Below, piece after piece: positions 49,011 to 60,710 of a DNA stretch of 64,000 bases (within the stretch, counting starts at the first letter, position 1; each line of letters begins with the position of its first letter). Origin of the DNA: Mobula hypostoma (lineage: Eukaryota); assembly GCF_963921235.1 (NCBI RefSeq), contig NC_086107.1, positions 94,180,001-94,244,000 on the forward strand, read 5' to 3'. Below the pieces are notes generated by a model, which worked only from the letters and a program-made list of their open reading frames with translations, ran no database searches and had not been told where the DNA came from. The position numbers and the translations under genes are program-made.

Positions 49011-52000
49011 TCAGTTTCTAAGTTGTGTTTTCATGTCGGTGGTGGAGGTTGTACAGTTTGACACGTTGTGCAGGAAGTTGTGACCTGTTTAATTTTTTTT
49101 ATTGGTAATCTCTTGGTAACCAATGACCATTTCAGTGAGCCCAGCACAGCGCAGAGATCAAACCAGAGCCCACTGCTCTGCATGAGCATCTCAAATGGAA
49201 GATTCTTCATCACAGCTACAATATTAAGGTTCATGTTTTACAGCACTGCACAGCCAGCGTATTATCACTGCCTTCAAGTACGGGGGTTCCTCAAGGTTGT
49301 TATAGCTGAGGGTGGTAATGGGGATATGCTCCCACTACCTATTAAATGCTCCCAATGACATGCGTTTCAAATAGACTTTGACAACCAAGTCCAGCTCCTG
49401 CCCTTCACGTGTGGTTTAGCTACGAAACCCAGTGGAACAGTTTCTACTGTCAGAAGATGCAAAGGCGAGATACTGGCGCCTTTAAACCAGTTGCTTCGGG
49501 CAGATGGGGGGGGGGCTTGACATCTAGAAGGATAACTCTGATCTCAAACCTCCGCTGCCCTGTGGCTATAGCCACTCTAAGGGAAGGCTTCAGGAGTAAA
49601 CTCCAAGGAAAAATTCCAGAGCTGGAGTCTCTACGTTGAATTCAAAGCTAACCGGCAACTCCTGCGATGCCGCTGGTGCCAAACTGTATTGGTCTCTGCC
49701 GTTCTTTTGGATTCATCAGCTGCGTGGCGAGGGGGAGCTTGCTGCATGGGCAGCAACATGCTCTCCATATCATATTGCCCTGGCTTGCGTAAACAGCTAG
49801 GATGCAACACCCATGGTTGATCTTGATCAATGGAGGGCCTAATTCAATACTGGGCACTTGGCTTTGGTCCCTCTTTAAGAGATACAGCATGCTCACAGAC
49901 CCTTCAGGCTCAACGAGCCTGTGCTGCCCAATTACACCCATGTGACTAATTAAGCTACTAACCCGTGTGTCTTTTGGAATGTGGGAGGAAACCAGAGCAC
50001 TCGGAGGAAACCCATGTGGTAACTGGGAGAATTTACAAACTCCGCACAGAGAGTGATGGGAATTGAACCCAGTTCACTGGCACTGTAATAGCATTATGCT
50101 AACCGCTACACTACAATGCCACTCCTTTCTGATCTGGGTTTTTTAAAAATATCCCATTCCACCAGTTTCACCCGTTTGGTAGCGTAGCAGTTTGCATAAC
50201 ACTTTTCAGAACGCGCTTGCAGCTTGTAAATCTGTAAGGAGTTTATACATTCTCCCCGTGACCTCCAGGTCACTCCCACATTCCAAAAGCATACAGGTTA
50301 GGATTAATAGCTTGTGGGCAATGTTGGTGCTGAAAGCGTGGTGACATTAGCGGGCTGCTCCCAGCACATCTTGGAATGTGTTGGTCATTGACTCAAATGA
50401 CACATTTCACTGTATGTTTCGATGTACATGACAAATAAAGCTAACCTTATCTTTACTTTCTACTGGATATTACATGACTCTAGCTCAATGAACAACACTT
50501 TGATTTACATCCACCAGCAACTAACCTGAAATCATACATCAAGCTTCTTAGCAATGGAGGGCTCAAACATCAAGTCTGAGCCCAGGATCTGACAGGCAGG
50601 AATCCTTTCAAAGTTAACCAATGTTAGTTATACTACTTCATCTTACTTACAAGTAAAACAAGAATATGTGGAAAATGGACAGAGAAGAACCATGTACCAA
50701 GTGCAAGAGCTGTAGAAAGTTTTAGACCAGCACTTCTTTATGCCATGGACCTCTACCATTAACCGAGGGGTCCATGAACCCCAGGGCCGACTCTCTCACA
50801 ATCAGCTGAAATCAATTTTGCTTTCTTAAGACATATTAAGATTTTCATTTCCAAAAGACAAAAGGGCAGAATTAGACCACTTTACCCATTGAGTCTGCTC
50901 TGCCATTCAATCATGGCTGATTTATTTTCCCTCTTAACCCCATTCTCTCTTCTCCCCATAAACTAGTAATTAGCATTTATTGGTTAATTCACACTACATA
51001 GTAAAGGTGCATTTCACTTGGAAAAATCATTTTGTTCTCTAGATTTTTGACTCCAGTTTCCAAAAATGCTGATGGAAATCACAATAATGTCTTTCAAACA
51101 CTGCCGTTGCTAGCTCTCAAAGCTCATGCAAAAAGAGGCATGAAGCTGAACGAACAAATTCAGGTAACTCAGTATCTTTCACTATTTTGTGCTGAATTCA
51201 GTTCCCAAAGTGATTGAGAAAGCAATGTAACATGCAACCATACCTGGCAGATATAGCGGACTGTCACACTGCAAGGGTGACACTCGAATCTCAGGATCAA
51301 TTTCCACCAAGGATTTTTTTAAATCAACCCACAAATCCCAGAAATTAGGTAATTAGAAATTTTAAATTATTTTCAATCAATTTGCAAATTTCTCCATCAT
51401 ATGTTGCAAATTTTTTAAAGAAGATGTGCAGAGCAAGTATGTATGCAGGGTGGAGATACGCCTCTACCAAAGGAGGTGTAAGGCGCTACTTCTCTCCGCG
51501 AGCCTGCAGGTAGCCTTTGAAAAATTTGCCAAGGACAGTCGTGGTCATGGAGAGACCATGATCGCCTATCTTATACAACACAGCACATAATGATGATTAT
51601 GATACCACGCACACGTGCATACTCAGAATGGTAGGTGCCTGGAATGGCTGACCCGAGAAGTGGTGAAAGCAGATACGATAGATAGTCACATGAGTATGCT
51701 GTGAATAGAAGGCTATAGACCATGTGTACACAGAGGCAATTTAGTTTAACTTAGCACCATGTTCCACACGTCATGGGCTGAAGAGCCTGTTCCTGTACTG
51801 TACTGTTTGATGCTCTAAATATATAGCAATACTTCAGAGTGAAACAGCACAGACAGAGGCCAGACTGACCATCGCTTCTGCTTTGAGAAACGTATTCAAT
51901 TAGATCCACACTTCCCTCACCATTCTTTCCTTAAAAAGAGATGTTCCTTATTAGGTATATAGGTAATTGCCGTCTGAAAGTTAATAATGAATCCAGTCCC

Positions 52001-53404
52001 GTGGTCTTCAGAGGCAGCCCATTGATAAAATTACTTTCAATTTAAAAGCATCAAATGATTAATGCCTGTGTTCATGTGCTACTAGAGCAGTTTCAAGTGT
52101 CTGTATGATAATTCTAAAATATCTGACTGCATAATTTCCCTCCACGCCACGTGCTCCTGAAATCCCCGCTTCCCTCCAACCCACAGGCCAAAGGAAGGAA
52201 GACACACAGTTGGTGGGGGAGGAAGTGTGTGACTTTTCTTTGGGCTCTTTTGGCTTCAGACTTTCCCTTATTTGGTCTGGTGAATCTGCCAAGGCACTGA
52301 TTTAGAGGGGCTTATAAATACCTAATATGTTTCATTTTAAGGAGTGTTTTCCAGAGTTTGAGGAAATAATTCTCTAGGTTGCCCAGATCAATATCCATTA
52401 AAACAGATAAAACAGTACAGTCCCTTCAAGTCAAGTTTATTGCCATTTAACTATATACATTCACTTCAAATGCGATGTGGCAGGGAGTTCAGGAGCCTAA
52501 TGGCCAAGGGGAAGAAACTTTTCCCCATCCTGACCATTCTTGTTTTTATGCATCAGAATCTCCTGCCTGAGGGTAGAAAGTCAAAGAGGGTGCTGGATGG
52601 ATGGGTGGGATCCTCAATAATACCAAGAACCAATGATGTTGTGTCAATCTTTTAACCAACTCTAAGATGCAAATTAGAAAGGTCAGAGTGTTTTTAATGT
52701 TCACCAAATTATGATCTGGAGAAGTAACCAAATTATGAGTCAGAGCACTACAGCAGAGAAACAGGTCTTCAGCCTATCTACTCCATACCAAACTATTATT
52801 CTGACCTGGTTCCATTGACCTACACCTGGACCACAGCTCCCCAAACTAACTCTCATGCATGTAGTTATCCAGACTTCTCAGAATGTTGCGATCAAACCCA
52901 CATCCATCACTTCCACATTCTCATCACTCTCTGAGTGAAGATGGTTCCCCTCATGTTCTCCTTAAACATTTCACCTTTCACCCTTAACCCATGATCTCTA
53001 GTTCTAGTCTAACCCAACCTCAGTGGGAAAAGCCTGCTTGCATTTATCCTATCTATGCCTCTCATAATTTTGTATACCTTTATCAAATCTCTCCTCATTC
53101 TCCTACACTCCAGGGAATAAATTCCTAACCTATTCAACCTTTCTAGGTGGTCAACCCCCGGCAACATCCTTGTAAATTTTCTCTGTAAGTGAGACCAAAT
53201 CCTGCGTGAAACTTGAAACCCAAAACTTTCAAGGTGAGACACTTGTCAACTGAGCCAAATGATCTACTCAATCAACAGGGCATTGTGTGAAGATTTTTTT
53301 TTAAAACCACTGAGGTAATAGAAGTGAACTTATGTCAAGTGTTTTAGAACATAGAACACTACAGCACAGCACGATGTTGTGCCAAATTCCTAACCTACTC
53401 CAAG

Positions 53405-56400
53405 TCAAGATTACTAATGAGAAAGTGCTTGGGAAGCTAAATGGACTAGGAATAGATAAGTCTCCCAGACCGGATGAGGTGCACCCACAGGTTCCGAAGC
53501 AGGTGGCTTTGGAGATTGTGGAGACATTGAAAATGATCTTCCAGGAATCAATAGACTCTGACATGGTTCCGGAGGACTGGAAGGTCGCAAATGTAGTTCC
53601 GCTGTTTAAAAAAGGAGGGAGGCAGCAAAAAGAAAATTACAGACCTATTAGTCTGACATCGGTAGTTGGGAAGTTATTGGAGTCGATCCTCAAGGACGAG
53701 GTTATGAAATACCTCAAGGTGCATGACAAGATAGGCCCAAGCCAGCATGGTTTCATGAAGAGAAGATCCTGCCTCACCAACCTATTGGAATTTTTTGAGG
53801 TAATCTCAAATAAGATTGACAAGGGAGAGGCTGTGGATGTTGTGTATTTGGATTTTCAAAAGGCCTTCGAGAAGGTGCCGCATAAGAGGCTGCTTAATAA
53901 AATGAGAGCCCATGGAATTACAGGAAAGATATTGGAATGGGTGGAGCATTGGCTGATAGGCAGAAAGCAAAGGGTGGGAATAAAGGGATCCTATTCTGAT
54001 TGGTTGCTGGTTACTAGTGGGGTTCCGCAAGGGTCGGTGCTGGGGCCACTTCTTTTTACAATGTATATCGATGATTTAGATTATGGATTAAATGGTTTTG
54101 TGGCTAAATTTGCCGATGACACCAAGATAAGTGGAGGAGCAGGAAGTGTTGAAGAAACAGAAAGGTTGCAGAGAGACTTAGCCAGTTTAGGAGAGTGGGC
54201 AAAGAAATGGCAGATGAGATACAATGTTGAGAAATGTATGGTTGTACATTTTGGAAGAAGAAATAATCCAGCAGATTATTATTTGTCTGGAGGTGATTGG
54301 AGAGATTGAGGTGAAGGAACCGTTAGGAGGCAGTGATCATAACATGATTGAGTTCACTGTGAAATTTGAAAAAGAGAAGCCAAAATCCGATGTGTCGGTA
54401 TTTCAGTGGAGTAAAGGAAATTATAGTGGCATGAGAGGGGAACTGGCCAAAGTTGACTGGAAAGGGACACTGGTGGGAAGGACGGCAGAGCAGCAGTGGC
54501 TGGAGTTTATGCAAGAAGTGAGGAAGGTGCAAGACAGGTGTATTCCAAAAAAGAAGAAATTTTCGAATGGAAAAAGGATGCAATCGTGGCTGACAAGAGA
54601 AGTCAAAGACAAAGTTAAAGCAAAGGATAGGGCATACAAGGGAGCAAAAATTGGTGGGAAGACAGAGGATTGGAAAGTTTTTAAAAGCTTACAAAAGGAA
54701 ACTAAGAAGGTCATTAAGAGGGAAAAGATTAACTATGAAAGCAAGCTAGCAAATAATATCAAAGAGCTTTTTCAAGTATATAAAGAGTAAAAGACAGGTG
54801 AGAGTAGATATAGGACCAATAGAAAATGATGCTGGAGAAATTGTAGTGGGAGATAAGGAGATGGCAGAGGAACTGAACGAGTATTTTGTATCAGTCGTCA
54901 CTGAGGAAGACATCAGTAGTATACCGGACACTCAAGGGTAGCAGGGAAGAGAAGTGTGTGCAGTCACAATTACGACAGAGAAAGTACTCAGGAAGCTGAA
55001 TAGTCTAAAGGTAGATAAATCTCCTGGACCAGATGGAATGTACCCCCGTGTTCTGAAAGAGGTAGCTGTGGAGATTGCGGAGGCATTAGCGATGATCTTT
55101 CAAAAGTCAATAGATTCTGGCATGGTTCCAGAGAACTGGAAGATTGCAAATATCACTCTGCTATTTAAGAAGGGGGCAAGGAAGCAAAAAGGAAATTATA
55201 GACCTGTTAGCTTGACATTGGTGGTTGGGAAGTTGCTGGAGTCGATTGTCAAGGATGAGGTGACGAAGTACCTGGAGGCATATGACAAGACAGGCAGAAC
55301 TCAGCATGGTTTCCTTAAAGGAAAATCCTGCCTGACAAACCTATTACAATTTTCTGAGGAAATTACAAGTAGGCTAGACAAGGAAGATGCAGTGGATGTT
55401 GTATATTTGGATTTTCAGAAGACCTTTGACAAGGTGCCACACATGAGGCTACTTAACAAGATAAGAGCCCATGGAATTACAGGAAAGTTACATTCGTGGA
55501 TAGAGCGTTGGCTGATTGGCAGGAAACAGAGAGTGGGAATAAAGGGATCCTATTCTGGTTGGCTGTTGGTTACCAGTGGTGTTCCACAGGGGTCCATGTT
55601 GGGGCCACTTCTTTTTAAGTTGTACATCAACAATTCGGATTATGGAATAGATGGCTTTGTGGCTAAGTTTGCTGATGATACAAAGATAGGTGGAGGAGCC
55701 GGTAGTGCTGAGGAAACAGAGAGTCTGCAGAGAGACTTGGATAGATTGGAAGAATGGGCAAAGAAGTGGCAAATGAAATACAATGTTGGAAAGTGTATGG
55801 TTATGCACTTTGGCAGAAGAAATAAACGGGTAGACTATTATTTAAATGGGGAGAGAATTCAAAGTTCTGAGATGCAACGGGACTTGGGAGTCCTCGTGCA
55901 GGATAACCTCCAGGTTGAGTCAGTGGTGAAGAAGGTGAATGCAATGTTGGCATTCATTTCTACAGGAATACAGTATAGGAGCAGGGATGTGATGTTGAGG
56001 CTCTATAAGGCGCTGGTAAGACCTCACTTGGAGTACTGTGGGTAGATATGGTCTCCTTATTTAAGAAAGGATGTGCTGATATTGGAGAGGATACAGAGAA
56101 GATTCACTAGAATGATTCCGGGAATGAGAGGGTTAACATATGAAGAACGTTTGTCCGCTCTTGGATTGTATTCCTTGGAGTTTAGAAGAATGAGGGGGGA
56201 CATCATAGAAACATTTCGAATGTTGAAAGGCCTGGACAGAGTGGATGTGGCAAAGTTGTTTCCCAAGATGGGGGAGTCTAGTACGAGAGGGCATGACTTA
56301 AGGATTGAAGGGCGCCCATTCAGAACAGAGATGCAAAGAAATTTTCTTAGCCACAGGGTGGTGAATCTATGGAATTTGTTGCCATGGGCAGCAGTGGAGG

Positions 56401-57335
56401 CCAAGTCATTGGGTGTATTTAAGTCAGAGATTGATAGGTATCTGAGTAGCCAGGGCATCAAGGGTTACGGTGAGAAGGCGGGGGAGTGGGACTAAATGGG
56501 AGAATGGATCAGCTCATGATAAAATGGTGGAGCAGACTCGATGGGCCGAATGGCCGCCTTCTGCTCCTTTGTCTTATGGTCTTACTTAGATGGGGAGAAA
56601 ATTCAAAAATGGGAAGTGCAAAGGGACTTGGGGGTCCTCGTGCAGGATACCCTAAAAGTTAACCACCAGGTTAGATTGGCAGTAAGGAAAGCGAATGCTA
56701 TGTTGGCATTCATTTCAAGAGGAATAGTGTATGAGAGTAAGGAGGTGTTGATGAGGCTCTATGGGGCACTGGTGAGACCTCATTTGGAATACTGTGTGCA
56801 GTTTTGGGCCCCCTATCTTAGAAGGGATGCACTGATGTTGGAGAGAGTTCAGAGAAGATTTACGAGGATGATTCCTGGAATGCAAGGGCTAACATATGAG
56901 GAGCGTTTGTCGGCTCTTGGACTGTATTCATTAGAGTATAGAAGAATGAGAGGGGATCTCATAGAAACATTCTGAATGTTGAAAGGGCTGGACAGTGTAG
57001 ATATGGAAAGGCTGTTTCCCTTGGTGGGTGAGTCCAGGACAAGATGCCACAATCTTAGAATTAGAGGGTACCCATTTAAAACAGAGATGAGGAGAAATTT
57101 TTTTAGTCAGAGGGTCATGGATCTATGGAATTCATTGCCACATACAGCTGTGGAGGCCTGATCATTGAGGGTGTTTAAGGAGGAGATTGAAAGGTATCTG
57201 ATTAGTCAGGGTATCAAGGGATATGGGGAAAAAGCCGGAAATTGGAACTAGATGGGAGAATAGTATAGCTCATGGAGGAGTGGCGGAGGAGGCTTGATGG
57301 GCTGAATGGCCTACTTCTGCTCCTTTGTCTTGTGA
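53405..57335 (+). mobile_element. 5'-truncated CR1 LINE A (53405-54285 plus 56584-57335), split by CR1 B
   Basis: ORF 53332-54309 RT domain (NYRPISLTS, QHGF, YLDFQKAF, GVPQGSVLGP, FADDTK). It breaks at ADYYL and resumes at DGEKIQK (56584). Confidence 0.93.
54286..56583 (+). mobile_element. 5'-truncated CR1 LINE B nested in CR1 A
   Basis: Runs from the endonuclease end (LGGSDHN) through the RT (ORF 54954-56045, FADDTK) to a gtcttatggtctta tail. Confidence 0.93.
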
Positions 57336-59353
57336 TCATTCTAATGCTCCCCTCCCACATAGTCCTCCATTTTTCTGTCATTGATGTGGGAAGTTTCTTA
57401 AAGTTTCCTAATGTATTTTTGTTTAGTCATGCCAACCCTGACCTTCTTTACAACAAGCAAAACTTAAATTGTTCAACGCTTCCTCACACTTCAGATGCCT
57501 GAAGTCTAACGTTAATCTTAATTGTCTCGCACATCATTCATTACATAGTAATGCCAACGCATTTTGTGATTGAGGCTTAATGAGCTGAGGCAGAGCAATA
57601 CAGCGTACGAGTGAGTGATCTCACCGACCCAGAGCAGGAAACAGTTAATACAGAGTAAAACACAGTTGATGTTTTGAGCTTCCAGCCAGACAGCTTAAAC
57701 ATCAATTTCTCTAACTACTGGTAATTTCTCCCCAGCTCCCTTTTCTGGCTCTTCTCTTCTCCTCACCTGCCTATCACTTGTCTCTGGTGCCCACCCCACC
57801 ACTTTGTTTCTCCCATGGTCCACTCTCCTTTATCAGATATCTTCTTTAGCCCTTTACCTTTTCCACCTATCACCTCCCAGCGTCCTACTTCCTTTTCACC
57901 TGGTCTCAGATATAATCTCCCAGCTTCCCACCTCATCCCCCCTCTCATACCCGGTCTCATCTATCACCTGCCAGCTGGTACTCACCCCTCCCACCCCCAT
58001 CCCATCTTCTTATTCTGGCTTTTTCCCTTTCCCTCCCAGTCCCGATGAAGAGTCTCCACCCAAAACATTGACTGCTTCTTCCTCTCCATAGATGCTGTCT
58101 GACCTGCTGAGTTCCTCCAGCATTTTGTGTGTGTGTGGCTCTGGATCTCCAGCACCCGCAGAATCTCTTGCATTAACTATTAATAAAGGCCATGTTCTTC
58201 TGAGGAACTACTGCGTAAAAACACAAAACTCTAGTCAAAGTCTCAAACCTTGACGTCAGATGTCAGTTGCTGCATTACCATTGATCTCATTACCCTGACT
58301 GAACAGGTAGGAGGAGGTCGGGTAAGTTTATCACCGTCCATTTTGGAAAGCACAAATACTGACGTGGCTGACAGAGGCAGGACCAAACTCACAGATAACA
58401 CTCAACATTAATGTCAGTGGGAAAGATTATCAAGATGAGCTTTATTTATCACATGTACATTGAAACATATCGTGACAGGCAGTGTTTGCATGAATGACCA
58501 AAGCCTGAGGATGTGGTGAGGGCAGCACACAAGTGTCACCATGCTTCCAGTGCCAACGTAGTATGCTCACAACTTACCAAACCTAACCTGTACATCTTTG
58601 GAATTGGGAGGAAACCAGAGCACCCAGAGGAAATCTACATGGTCACGGGCAGAACATACAAACTCCTTAGCGACAGCGACGGGAACTGAACCCTGATCGC
58701 TGGTGGTGTAAAGCGTTACGCTAATGTGTACACTTCACCAGATACAACCTTGAGATCCATTTTCTTGCAGGCATTGATGGTAGAACAAAGAAATACAATC
58801 GAATTAATGAAAAACTACACACAAAGACTGACAAACAAAAAATGTGCAAAAGAAGACAATCTGTACAAATAAAAAAAGTGTTAGCCTTCAGGATAAAGGA
58901 GAGAAAGAAAAATCCTTTAAAAATCATTTAGTACTGCCACATTCTACCCTGAGAATACAAAGACACAATAATCTGCTTTGTATTCACTGGCTGTGCACAG
59001 CAGGGAGGGAATCATAGAGCACAGAAAATCAAAAAGGTTAAAATATCAGGGATCAAAATGGTAAAATTAAGTAAATTAGTGCCTTGAATCTATTCCTCAA
59101 TTACTTATATTAAGGTGGATCTGAGTCCTAACTCCATGTACCCTCACATTTCTCTAAACTTCTGGTGAAACCCAAAACTACTGAGATTAAATGCCACATT
59201 TGGGATTTGTCAGTTGTAGGAGGAACAGGTTCTGAGCAAGACAGTGCCATGGTCCCAATAAAGATAGGATTCATGGTTCAGCGGGTTCTGATTTATAGTG
59301 ATTTCAATAAGGTACAATATGCTAACAATGAAAATGTGGGGTTCACTTCTTAC

Positions 59354-59451
59354 CTAGTGCAAAGGACATCCTCGTGCAGGCTGCCCTGACATCGCTGGCA
59401 CTGTGTCCACAAACGTGAAAACTTCTCCTCTAGGAGTTTCAGCTGAGATAT
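59354..59451 (-). CDS. POLD1: DNA polymerase delta catalytic subunit, penultimate coding exon (98 nt)
   Basis: Minus strand reads ctctttcag|ATATCTCAG...TGCACTAG|gtaag and translates [32 protein letters not shown](S). This is the recognisable POLD1 CysB segment. Canonical AG/GT sites; the phase-2 end joins the next exon in frame. Confidence 0.97.
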
Positions 59452-59519
59452 CTGAAAGAGAGGAAAGGGGTGGGGTGAGGAGGAAAACTGCAGATATCTG
59501 TAGTAAAAAAGATAACGTC

Positions 59520-60045
59520 AGACAGTACAGCATAGGAACGCGCCCTTTGGCCCACAATGTCATTCCAAATTAATTAAACACTTAACTAAGTCATTCTCTT
59601 CTGCCCCAACTATGAAGGCCAACACTCCATACACCTTAACTGTGGACTTGGACCCCAGGATCCCTCTGTTCCTCCACACTGCTAAAAATTCTGCCATTAA
59701 CTCTGTACTCTTTAAGTTCAACCTTCCAAGGTGAATCACTTCACACTTTTCCAGGTTGAACTCCATCTGCCACTTCTCAGCCCAGCTCTGAACTCTGTTA
59801 ATAACTCATTGTAACCTATGACAACCTCCAACACTATCCACAAGTGTACCAAACTTCGTATCCTCTGCAAACTCACTAACCACCTTTCCACTTCCTCATC
59901 TAAGTCATTGATAAAAATCTCAAAGAGCAGGGGTCCCAGAACAAATTCCAGTGGAACACCAATGGTCACCCAGGTAGAAGGCAATCATCTACTACCACCC
60001 CATTCTTTCTGCACGCAAGCCAATTCTGAATCCACACAGCCAAGG
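59520..60045 (-). mobile_element. Degraded CR1 RT and 3' fragment directly upstream of the POLD1 exon acceptor
   Basis: GVP...VLGPLLF.IFINDLD; MEFNLEKCEVIHLGR. Confidence 0.8.
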
Positions 60046-60199
60046 AGTTTCCAATGGAAATGTGGACACAGTTACTTTTCAGAGGAGTAGGGTGACTGTA
60101 AGGATAAGGCACAGGAGAGGACGGAATGTCCCAGAAAGCTGCTCCGCCATTATTATGATATTGAAAAAGTTTAATTTCAACTCCATCTACTACACTGTA

Positions 60200-60710
60200 T
60201 ATCAGTTCAAAATAAATTTATGATCAAAGTACATACATATATGTCACGATATACTATCTTGAGATTCATTTTCTTGCAGGCATTCACAGTAGAACAGAGA
60301 AGTACAATAGAATCAATGAAAAACTACACACAAGGACTGAGAGCAAATATGTAAAAGACAAACTGTGCAAATGAAAAGATAAGTAATACCGAGAACATGA
60401 GTTGTAGAGTCCTTGAAAGTGAGTCTGGAGGTTGTGGATTCAGTTCAGAGTTGAGGTGAGTGAAGTTATCTACACTGGATTAGGAGCCTGATGGTTGAAG
60501 GGTAATAACTGTTCCTGAACCTAGTGGTGTGGGACCTAAGGTTCCTGTACTTCCTTCCCAGTGGCAGCAGCGAGAAGAGAGTATGGCCTGGATGGTGGGG
60601 TTCCTTGATGATGGATGCTGCTTTCTTGTGGCAGCGCTCTTTGTAGGAGTGCTCAATGGTGGGGAGGACTTTGCCTGTGATGAACTGGGCTTTATCCACT
60701 ACCTTTTGTA
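60200..60710 (-). mobile_element. Rex1/Babar-type LINE 3' fragment
   Basis: AQFITG..LPTIE...KKAASIIKEPHHPGH.LFSLLPLGRKYRNLR..TTRFRNSYYP. Confidence 0.8.

Noticed and set aside
53332..56495. RT ORFs as a domesticated gene, retron or DGR-like system
   Set aside because: Ordinary 5'-truncated CR1 ORF2 pieces with stops, frameshifts and CR1 3' tails.
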